DNA of 63,992 nt from Octopus bimaculoides. Lineage: Eukaryota. The stretch covers positions 171,092,415 to 171,156,406 of the forward strand of contig NC_068982.1 in assembly GCF_001194135.2 (NCBI RefSeq), in the 5' to 3' direction. The notes under the pieces are model-generated. The model made no database searches and had not been told where the DNA came from. It worked only from the letters and a program-made list of their open reading frames with translations. How positions within the stretch are numbered: position 1 is the stretch's first letter; every line of letters begins with the position of its first letter. The translations under genes and the position numbers were made by a program. This document shows positions 52,435 through 63,992 of the stretch, piece after piece.

Positions 52435-54505
52435 GCTTTGCACAGCTTCTAACACTGGAGATGTACTACGGTGTCAATTGTTCACTACCAGTAAACTAAG
52501 GTAACAACCCTTATTTTTCGAACACTTTCCGGAGTATTCGTGCGGTACCATGCAGTGCTGTTTTCTGCACGTTCTCCACCCTTATTGCAGCCCCTATTTG
52601 TTCCACGCACTTCTCAGGATGTTTAGTCACTGTTCCCAGGGCTCAGACAATTACTGTTGCTACTACCACCATTTCCATCGACCACAACTACTTTACCTCC
52701 CAAGCTAACCCGTCATATCCATATACATTTCTTTCCTCCTTATCGCATACATTGATGTCAGCTGGGCATGCTATATCTATGATTCAGCATAGTTTGTTTT
52801 CATTCTCAATTAAGACTATGTCTGCCTTCCTATTCTCTACCTCATGGCCACACTAAATCATAAAATCCTACAGGATTTTTTTGTGACACCTTCGGGTTTG
52901 CTCTGTCAAGTCCATACTTTTTGCCATGTGTCCAATGGACAAGCCTTGCTATATAGTCATAGCGTCTCTTATATTCCATCTGGGCTAGTGGCGTACATTG
53001 ACTGGTAATATGCCATATGTTTTCACCATTTTGTCTACAGAATCTGCACTTATCTCTTCCTGATGTGTTGTGTACTCTGTATTTTATGTCGTTTGCTCTT
53101 AGTGATTGCTCTTGGGCAGCACAGAATACAGCCTCCGTTTCTCGTTTAAATCTCCTTTAGTCATCCACAGCCATCTTTTTTTCTCTGTCTGTCTCATCTT
53201 CAACTTCCCTGTGAAATCGACCATGCATTAGCACTGTACTAGCAATTGTAAACGAATAAAATGAAAATAGGTGGGTAACCACCTATTTTCATTTTATTTG
53301 TTTACAATTGCTTGTACAGTGCTTTCTTTTTGCAATCTTTCAGCCTACACAAGCTTGGCCTTCTTACATCTGTGAAAATTTTTTTACATACCATGCTATG
53401 TTGTTTTCTTCTGCTCTAGTGCTATTTTCGCATTCAATAAGTCCTCTTCCCCCTCTTTTTCTTAGTACTTAAGTCTGCCTGTGTCACTTTGGGGGTGGAG
53501 TAACCCATATCGAGTCAGCAACTTCCTTGTCTTTCTGTCTAAGCTGTTTAGTTCGTCTACTGTCCATGCGATAACCCCTGCTCCATATCTAAGTTGTTGA
53601 TAGCTTCGATCTTATTCCGTCCGTTTAATTTCGACTTAAGGATCAGTCTCAGTCTGCGCAAGTACTCCACCTTAAATTTTTCTGTCATTTCTTTCTCCAT
53701 CAATGTATCCAATTGCAAAATCCCCAAGTACTTATAGCCCGTCTCTTCTATCTGCTTCATAACCTCCCCTGACGGTATCGAGAGCCCGTCCACACCTTTG
53801 ATTTTGCTTCTCTTCAATACTAACACAAGACACTTTCTCAGTTTGAACTCCAATGAGATACCAGCACTGAAACTATACACCGTATCAACGAGGGAACTGA
53901 CTTGGGTTTCATTTTTACCATACAGTTTGAGGTTATCCATGAGTAACAAATGGGAGATTATTTGTTGGTGGCTTTTGAATACATACCCAGCTTTTGCTTT
54001 CCCCAAAATCAGTTAGTGGTGTCAAGCACAGTACAAAGATGAGTAGGGTCAGGCAGTCCCCTTGCAAGATGCCCCTCCTGATTTCTGCTGTCCCTAAACT
54101 TCTTCCGTATGCTGTCAGGTCCATCCTTCAGTTCGCCATACTTTTCCAAACAATCGCTCAACATTCGATGCAATACCAAATAAGTTGATACATTCCATAA
54201 TCCAACAATGTGGGATCATATCGTACGCCCTGCGATAGTCGATCCATGACATGGCTAAGTTAGTTTTTCACCTCGCGCAGTCTCTAAGTACAGTTCTTTC
54301 TATTAGGATTTGATCCTTGGTACCTCTTCACTTACCCTTGCAACCCTTCTGCTCATGTGGCATTTTTTACCAGATGTTCATACATTGACCCTGTGAGTAT
54401 TCCAGTCAATAATTTCAACATTCGTGGCAAACAGGATATCGGCCAGTAATTGTCTATCGTATTGCCTTTCTCGATGCTTTTCAAGCACAGCACTGTCCTA
54501 CCCAA
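52435..54505 (-). mobile_element. R4/Dong-like retrotransposon (family B), 5'-truncated, about 2.07 kb, covering RT through REL endonuclease and 3' UTR
   Basis: [77 protein letters not shown] and DRKTRKLL..LHPQSD. The 3' end aligns by eye with 32930-33031. Confidence 0.93.
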
Positions 54506-54517
54506 TATTATTATTAC

Positions 54518-54613
<96 letters not shown>

Positions 54614-54615
54614 CA
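54506..54615. repeat. (TTA)n array at the 5' junction of the Dong copy
   Basis: Direct reading. Confidence 0.95.
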
Positions 54616-57600
54616 TTTATTTATTTATTTATTTTAAAATTATTATAACTGTTGTTAATAAGACACAAAGTTGTCAGAACGCTTAGTGTTGTAAATGCTA
54701 AGCAGCATTTTCTATAGCTTTTTAAAATCCGAGCTAAATTCCTGTCGAGACTGATTTTTCCTTTCATCTTTTCGAGTCGTTAGGATTAAAGTACCGGTGA
54801 AGTACTGAGGACAGTGTAATTTACCAACCCACTTTACGATTAATGATCAAATGTCAAAATATGAAATAGTTATTGTTAATATTTTTGCAATGTCAAGAGC
54901 ACCATCACTTCGCATTTTATATAACACAAAGACACAGATATTGTGAGCAGCTACTTGGCTGTGTTGTAGTTTTGCTCCTTCATGGCGAAATGTTTAACTG
55001 ATTTTGTAGCATTTATCCATTTCTTTAGAGGTACAAGAAAAAGCATGTGGTCAAATATTGTGCACAGAACAAGCGAGTTAGCCCTGGAATTGAAAAATCT
55101 GTTTTCACACTTATTTTACAACTTTAAATTAAAGTAACCTCTTCCATCATCATTGGTGAACGCAACAATGACAACATCAATAATTTTAATAACAATAACA
55201 ACATGAACAAATGAAATAAAAATTTGACAAGGAAGGTGAAAACAGAAAATAGAACTACGATAACGAAAGCAACGTCAAGAAAAATGAGAATTTAGAACAA
55301 AAAGAAACAAATTGTTCCTTCAACACACCTTTAAATTCTACCTCTGCTGCCAACATCACAATTAAGCCTTACCATTAACCCTAACACAATAAGAAGACAT
55401 CAAAACTTGCAAATCTTCCGTAAGTGTATTCTGAACACGTTGTCTGCCTGATAGAGCTTATTTAGTCGTAGAGACAATTGTTGAGCCAAAATACTAGAAA
55501 ACATCTGCTAAGAAACCAGCTTCAAACCTGAAACATACAAAAACAATAAGAAAAATTGAAAAATTGATCTGGTGATGCAACAGCAAATGGAAAAGTTCCT
55601 CAAGTTGATCTATCATACTATAACATACGTCATCAGGAGGAAAGTGGCAACACAATAGAGGTGAAAATGTCTATAGAAGACCAGATCAAGAAACTATTCA
55701 CAATAAGACTAAACAGTGCCGCATTTGCCCACATCCGATTCTGTATTCATTGTAGAAAAAGTAAAATGATGATAGTCGACGAAACCCCAGATGTAAGAAT
55801 CTGTGATTCGTGACAGTAATATTCTGCAGCAGCCTAATTAGACAATTTATTGACCTATTAATCAAAACAGATCACTGAAGCATCGATTCCAATCTAAAAT
55901 TAATAACACAAAATTGTGCGAAGATGGCTGAAGGGTGAAGTGGTATTTTTGCGGTGGCACAAATCATTTTAAGGAAATCTGTCCATAGCAAAGGAGTAGA
56001 TTTTGAAAGCCAACACTTCTTTCGACATCGGTACAACAGTGACAACACCAGCAGCAATAATAGCAGTAATACCAATAGTTTCAGTACCAGGAGCACCAAC
56101 ACCATCAACAACCACAGCACCAGCAACATTAGCATGCAGTTACAACTGCAACAGTAACAGCAGTTGTAATGCCCGCAGCCCTGAAAAGAGCATTAACTGC
56201 AGCAGAAACTGCAACTTAAACAACGCCAGTTACAACTATTGCTGCAGTAACTACAAGTTTGGAAGCTATAACTTAGCAACATGTACACCAAAATCAATGA
56301 AAAATAGATCCCTGAAAATTCCCTGCGATTAAAGGCCACCAAATTACATACAACTGCAAGAGAAAGATCTTTAATTAAACAACAATTCATTGCTACAAAT
56401 TTCTCCAATACATACCCATCACAACCCACATCACACCGACATATCATGTTGTGCAGATGGCGCAGAAGTACCAAAAGGGCAAGCGGTAATAAATGTGTAA
56501 AAAGAAGAGTGAGCACAAGCGGAAGATGCATGTAAACATGAATGCACCAACAGCAAGCCTATCAGAAGCTATACCAGTACTATCTATATCATTATTCCAT
56601 CTACCAACGACATCACCATCAGAACAGTTTACCGAACACGGACAATGAAATGATTGACTTCACATTCATAACCAAAATCTATAAAACAAACCTATGGTTC
56701 ACATACACAGACATACGAACAGCGCACACGATAAATACATTACATTAAGAAATGCCATCCCAATATTCAAATATAATTGAAATATTGCAACAAATACATT
56801 TTTAAAACTAAATGATCAGATGGGGCAGAGGATTGAATAAAATCAGCATGGGAATTACCCACAGCCATTTGTAGCAACGGAACATTTGTCCCTCTATAGG
56901 AATTATGTAAGTGGGCTTTTCTATTGAAATTAGTTTAATTAGAGTATACATTGTAAATGAACTTGAGTCTAGAGAGCTGCACAATAAAGTTTCTCGGTGA
57001 TCTTAAGTAATTCTGGGCATCAGCGAAAACAAAATTTCCGATTCACAAGACCTCATGCTAATTTTCGGTGGATACAAGATCTACATATCTCGGCAAAGAG
57101 AGGCAGAGTGGTTCTATTGTTTCGTAAGGGTTTTGGTCTTCTGATAGAACCGTCATCTTGGACCCACAAAATAATGTATTGGGACTCAATATGAACAATC
57201 AAACTTGTTGCAGTTTAAGCTCCGACAGAGGCAGGACAACCTCGTATCTTCAGACACCTGGAGGTTTCCAAGGAACGTCCCCCGCTCAAGATTGGAACGC
57301 CATCTTGGGTTTGTAAGGCTAGCTGATTGGAGAGGCGACGCAAAAGCTTCAAAATACTTGTTCAGACGTTTCCAATTGCTGATTGACCCCAACATGATTT
57401 TCTGAATAAACAAATGTGGATACGGACAAACCACGTCGTGGCATTGAGATCGTGTCTAAATATAGTATCCTGTAAGCCATTAGAAATGGCCAAAAATAAG
57501 TTGTCCATATTCTAAAATCCACACGAAAATAGACCACCAACTCTTGACTTCATTTATTAAGGTGAGTGTAATGTCGGTCATTCCTTGAGCAACCACTCCT

Positions 57601-57736
57601 CGGCAGTTTTATTTGGAAAACCTTGTTTGAATTAACATGTTTTTGTTAGCTAAAGTTTTACATGAGTTAGGTAAAATCGTTATTATATACATATCTTGTC
57701 ATTTGCAGTATCTTTTCTGTGTACAATCTTGGAAAC

Positions 57737-57804
57737 GATTGCTTAATGTGAATACCAAAGATTGCTTCATATAATACCAAAGATTGCTTAATATAAATAC
57801 CAAA
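57737..57804. repeat. 22-23-bp tandem repeat x3 (GATTGCTTAATATAAATACCAAA-like)
   Basis: Three adjacent near-identical units. Confidence 0.85.
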
Positions 57805-58544
57805 GTTTTCATAGTCTCAATTGATCATAGGTTTACCCAATCAACGTTGATCTGGAGCAAAATGATAACGATAGTTAATATTATTGTTTATTTTATTTAT
57901 TCTTTATTGATGCTGTTGCTTTTGGTGTACAAACGATTATAATGTATTGAATAACAAAGTCCATCGCAACGTATAAGCAGTTTTTGATTTGTGTGTGCTC
58001 ATCTAGGAAGTTAAACCATTACTATAGTCCATTAATGCAGTTGGCAGTGTTGATGTTCTAGGTATTGATGATGAGGACGTCAAAGATGATGATGAGAAGG
58101 AAGCAGAAGGGGAGTACAAGAAGAAGAGAATCAAGTGTGAGTGTATTCAATAACGATAATATTGATGATGATGATATATATGATGCTGTTACTGAGGAGA
58201 AAGACGCAAACGAAAACAGCTATTCTGAAGCTTCTATGAGTTGAGGGATAATAGCTGAAGTGAGCTATTAAATATTTTGGTTTTGTGTCTTGAATCCCTT
58301 CCGCACTTTATTTTTGCCATGTTATGGAGGATTTTTGCAACCGAACGTTGAAGAAAAAATTTCAAAAACTAAATTAAAGGGCCAACATCCACGCAACTTA
58401 GTATCTTGATTTCACTTAGGTTCAACCATCAACAAAGAAAAAAAAAAGATGTCGTAGCACGCAACTATCAACAAAATCACCAAAAAGAAAAAAAGACAAT
58501 TACGAATAAAAGGATGATGAAAATAAAATTAAAACCATATTGAC

Positions 58545-58556
58545 TACTACTACTAT

Positions 58557-58600
<44 letters not shown>

Positions 58601-58747
58601 TGATGACAACAAAAATGAAGGTCTTATGAGGTAGGTCATTAGAGATGTTTGTATGCAGATTTTTCAGTGACGTTTTCGTCGGTATGTTGTCGGCGTTACG
58701 TAGCAAGCATTGAGATTAAGAGATATTATTATCATTTTTCAACATTG

Positions 58748-58779
<32 letters not shown>

Positions 58780-58786
58780 GTCATCG

Positions 58787-58827
<41 letters not shown>

Positions 58828-59090
58828 TTTGTGCTCAACATTATTATCATCAATCCTAAAACTCATAATTGCATTCAACATTCGTCGTTAAATCCAATGT
58901 CATATCGGAATATCATCATTATCATCATCACCATCATCATCATCATCATCATCATTATCAACAACAGCACCACCACCACCCTCACCATCATCATCACCAT
59001 CGTTATCATCATCACCATCGTCATTATCGTCATCGTCGTCACGTCAATATTATTATCATCTATTATCATCATCTGCTTCCTTTTATCCCC
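58545..59090. repeat. (CTA)n and (TCA)/(CAC)n microsatellite cluster
   Basis: Direct reading; explains the poly-V/S/I/H ORFs. Confidence 0.9.
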
Positions 59091-60419
59091 ATCATATCAT
59101 GACATTGACGATAATTTTAAAATGGAAATGCCGAAAGGATTACATCTAATTAAATTTTATTGATGAGAAGCCAAACGAAAATATATGCTCATTTTTCAAA
59201 ATTTACGTTAGTTTACTTTGGTCACCCCGAAGGAATTCAATGTAAGTCCAATTAGCTTCTTTCGAAATATAGAGAAGGGAAACTAAATCAAAGAAAATAT
59301 ATATCTGAGTTCTTCATTTGGTGTACAGGTTGCTGAATAGCGGGGAGATTAAAGCTAAGACTCGAATTCATTTACTACATGATGCAAGGAGTCTGCTAAC
59401 ATAACGCTAAACTTTCAGTGATAGTCTCTTTAATAGTTAACCAAAGGATGGTAATATATTTGGTCAACACTCCTAAACAATGTTGATACCAATGTTGATA
59501 TCTTACAGTCAACTATTGAAACAAGTTAATTATTTCATTCACTTTTATATGTTAAATGGAGTTTATATAAAACCTCAATTGTAATCGTGAAAACATGAAA
59601 CTAAACAATTAAGAATGTAATATGAAGAGGTTTCATATATTTCATTAGTAAAGGAGGACAAATGTTTAAGGACTATATGAAATGATTCAGAATTCATAGT
59701 GTCTCTCTATGTATTATATTCATTTTCAGTCTTTCAGAAATGCATATTTATAATAAATTCGTGGGTTTGAGATAAAATCGTGGATTTGACTCTTAGACGA
59801 GGCAGCGTACTATGTCCTTGTGAAAGTCTTTATTTCGCGTTCCTCCAGTGTATTCAGCTTACATGTTTGCCTGTCGAGTATCGGTGGATCTCTCTCCCCC
59901 CTCTCTCTCTCCCCCCTCTCTCTCNNNNNNNNNNNNNNNNNNNNNNNGTCACATGCTACCAGTTCATACTGGCTTGCAAGCGACAGCTATATTTGTTTTT
60001 TTCTTATTTATGTTATGAAGAAAAGGGGCTTGCATTGTTTTAAATAGAAAATGAAAAGAACTTTCTAACAGTGATGAATCCTGACATTTGCTGTTTGTCG
60101 TATTTAGCACTTGTAAGACCAATGTTACGATATTAAAATAATGATGGTTTTTAGAATGGAGTTGCTCTAAATTTTTAATACGTTAAATAAACGCCAGTCA
60201 GTTCAAATTTTTTCCTCTTTATTGAGTGGATGGTTTTTCCATATCCGGTTACCGACAAAATACAACCTAGTTAGCATGAATTTACTAAAGTCCTTATCAA
60301 CATAGTATATCACAAAATGCACCCTTTCCTCCATAATTCACTCTATACAATGCTTTCCCTAAAAAGCCTCATGATACAGAAGTTTAAGTTAAATTATCAC
60401 GTGACAAAACTCACCAAAA

Positions 60420-60770
60420 GCCTGCAAAAACTTTTGCAAGAGGTTAGTCGATTAAATTGACTCCAGCACTTGAATGGTACCTATTTTATTGGAAAGACGA
60501 AAAGAAATGTTGTTTGAGAGAATTGAAATCAGAGAGTAAGGAAGCATAACTAAGTACCGCGCATTAACGATTCTACCAATGCACTAGGAACTTTCAACTA
60601 AAGAATTTTAATTTTGGCACAGGATGGATGATTGTCAGGGAGGCGAATTTGTCTATTACAGCATTTGACTGATATTCTATTTTATCGACATGGATACATG
60701 AAAAGCAAAAATAACCTCGGTGGGATTTTTATATTGGAATGTAAACAGCCGGAAGAAATAAGCAACGCAT
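60420..60770 (-). mobile_element. Two very degraded SINE family 1 copies in tandem
   Basis: GTCGATTAAATTGACTCCAGCACTTGAATGGTAC and TTTTGGCACAGG...TTTTATCGAC...ACCTCGGTGGGATTT motifs. Confidence 0.5.
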
Positions 60771-62906
60771 TTTTTTCCAAAATTATACAAGTTCTGCGTG
60801 TTCTCTGTCTTCCAGTGGTTTAATAATATAAACATGTGCAAGTCTATTTAATCCAGCTTACAATACCGTTTCTACAATTTTAAATATTGACGATAGAACC
60901 TCAAAATAGACACTTTGAAAGAAGCCAAGCAATGGGAAGTGTAAGCTAGAACTCACTAGCAACTCAATATGCTTTCTTTAAGGATAGAAACATAAGATAA
61001 TGTACTCCTTTAAACAATTATCTGCTGAAATACGGGTCAAGCATATCTGTAATAAACAGTTTTGATCATAGGTCTGCTTGATCAGTGTTGATCTGGTGCT
61101 AAAAAAGAGTGGGATCTTACAATGAACTTGGGTTGAAATATTAATATCTTCTATTCGTACTGAGGCACAAATTTTTAACTAGAGTCAATATCAAATGCAA
61201 GTGAACAGAGCAAATAACGTGGTTTTGTTTAACAAAAAACAGAACCAACAAAACAAATTAGATCTTCATGTGAATTGAATTGACAGCTTATGAATGCATT
61301 ACCACTGTGCATTTTTTTCATATATTGATAACTAACTTTGGAGCAAGATCACTAATTTATATGGAGAAAAGTTAAATGAGTCCCAACAGAAAAGTGGACA
61401 TTACTGACGAAGCTATGAATGTTTTCCTCATTGACCTTATTTTTCTCCTCCCTCCCTCCACTACCTTTTCCTCACCTGCTTTTCTCCACTAACTTTGCGC
61501 CGCCGCCACCACCTTTCCCCCCCCCGCCACCACCATCACCACCACCACCAAAACCATCACCACCACCACCATTATCATCATTTTGAACGTTACGATTTCT
61601 GTCGTGAGATAAATAAGATTATTATGATGATGTTGCCCATGATAACGAGCATGGTCATGATAAATATGTAGATTAAATTCATTTTGTTACATATATGCCC
61701 GATGTCACTAACATTTTAGTCTTGGAGCCAATTATACAAGTAACCATTCTTAAACGCCGCCCAGACATACACTCACACATCCACAAATACACTTAGCAAA
61801 TACACACATAACGATATACAAACTCATACACTGATAAGAAACTGTTTTGAAAATGCACTGGTCTTTCAAAAGCACAATGGAATCAACGCTCTGACGGAGT
61901 TGACTCTTATCATTTGCTGCCTGATATACTTAATAATTCCATGGCTATAGTTATGATATCGTGGCAATAAAGATACTTAAAATAGCGCTTCTCAATGGTA
62001 TATTTCTTCCTATTCAACTTTTCGTCCATTAAACAAATGCAAGCCACTTCTCTTTGCACTCCGGAAAACATCGTTTAATATCCTTTGGTGGACGAAATCC
62101 ATGAGATATTTCCCATAGTTTACTGCACGGTATCAAAATAGATATCAGTTTATTCATAATGAAATATCAATTAACTAGATATTTAATAGTCACTGAATCA
62201 GACGACTGTCGATACAACATTTAATTTTATTACTCAGCTTAGTATAGTTTAGCCAAGTGTGTTGCATTGTAAACTACCACCAAGATTATTATATGTGTAA
62301 GTGTGCGTTTGTCTGTTTCTGTGTTCTTGCCTCTGTGCATGTGTGCACATGTATGAAAATTTATGTATACATACATACGTGTACATATGCATACATGCTG
62401 TGTGCACGTATTCATATATGTATGTGTACATGTCTGTATATATACATAAATTTACATACATGTATACATATGCATATATATATGTACACACATATATATA
62501 TATATATACATACACACATATATATATATATATATATATAAACTATAAACGTGCCCATATAAACACATATATGTAAATATTTCTACGTAAACATATATGT
62601 ATTCCTAATGCATTTATATCTCTGTATACATATTTATATAAATTTATCTATATACAAGTCTATGGTATATATTATATATACCTACACCCACATACATACA
62701 TATGTATATATATATATATATATATNNNNNNNNNNNNNNNNNNNNNNNNNNNNNNNNNNNNNNNNNNNNNNNNNNNNNNNNNNNNNNNNNNNNNNNNNNN
62801 NNNNNNNNNNNNNNNNNNNNNNNNNNNNNNNNNNNNNNNNNNNNNNNNNNNNNNNNNNNNNNNNNNNNNNNNNNNNNNNNNNNNNNNNNNNNNNNNNNNN
62901 NNNNNN

Positions 62907-62947
<41 letters not shown>

Positions 62948-63940
62948 ATATATATATATACACATGTAAATACATATACATATATATGCAGATGAGACAA
63001 GAGAAAGTGAGAAAGGAGAGACAAGGAGAGATAATAGATCGAGAAGTCTTATGTAGAGTGGGGGGAACAAACAAGATAAATGGCTGCATCATACTATATA
63101 CCACATGCCAAGACTTCATTCTCCTCTTCCTGTGTATTCACTTGAGATATCTCTGGATTATTTTTATATTTGATAAGTGAAATTTGCTACAAAAGTGCAC
63201 ACATTGATTTTAAATACATTCTGTTATATTGAAGTAAGTTTATATATGAATCAACTTAATGGAGTGTGTTTTATGGTGTCTAAATATCAAAGGACCTTAC
63301 TGGCTTTTGATGTCGCTTACTCGAGTGGATATCTTTACACTGTGTTGGTTTTGCTGTACATTGGATGGATTCCAGTTTAATATCCTGTCTATAGGTTTTC
63401 AGCGAATGTGTGTACCTGTAAGCGAATACGATTTCTAAATTCACAGAAAGCAAGAGAGATAAAGAGAAAGAAAATATGGACGAAAGAGAAAGAAGGAGTT
63501 ATGAACGATTTAAAGTGATAGAAAAGGAAACAATGAGTGAGGGAGATAAAAATAGAAAAATAGATATAAAAAAAGGAAAAAGAAATAAAAAGCGGGTTAT
63601 ATAAATGAAAGAGTGAAAGAATGAGAATAGAAAGAAGGAGAAAATAAGAAATGTCTAGTAGGAAGTTTTCTCTGGTATAACATTGGGGAATTACAGATGG
63701 GCAAGTTATTTTTGTGAGGCTATAAGAACTAAATATCACGGGTTGGTGAGTTCAGGAATGTGCAGTAGCTGGTTTTTATGACAGGATTTGACGTTTATGA
63801 AACTGTGATGAATATATGCATATGAGCATATTCATACATATATGACGTGATAAGAATATATGTAACATAAGTATGGATATATGAATGGGATTACGTATTT
63901 ATTCACATATGTGTATGGGCGAATATATATACACGCTTAT

Positions 63941-63992
<52 letters not shown>

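Overview
AT-rich eukaryotic nuclear DNA, most likely an intron or intergenic stretch of an Octopus genome. This is inferred from the very dense TA/CA/AAT/CAT microsatellites and from SINE families that I recognise as typical of Octopus assemblies. The assembly is gappy, with N runs at 2345-2748, 7268-8111, 24316-24584, 29372-29511, 30957-31651, 33096-33947, 41858-42229, 45510-45519, 47395-48112, 59925-59947 and 62726-62906. I can identify no intact host protein-coding gene, and almost all ORFs in the track are microsatellite or N artefacts. Recognisable content is decayed mobile DNA: RTE/Bov-B-like LINE pieces, CR1-like LINE pieces, four R4/Dong-like (restriction-like endonuclease) LINE pieces, an internally deleted mariner, a hAT MITE and about 16 tRNA-derived SINE copies. 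The most notable observations are: (1) a perfect 61-bp inverted repeat written into an old SINE (20992-21311); (2) a 44-bp fold-back duplication inside a Dong LINE (53231-53322); (3) an RTE copy with twin-priming-like 5' inversion geometry (29565-30520); (4) Dong copies sitting inside (TAA)n arrays; (5) a 3' stem-loop shared between a SINE and an RTE LINE. There are also weak hints of a spliced minus-strand transcript. I found no convincing new multi-gene system.
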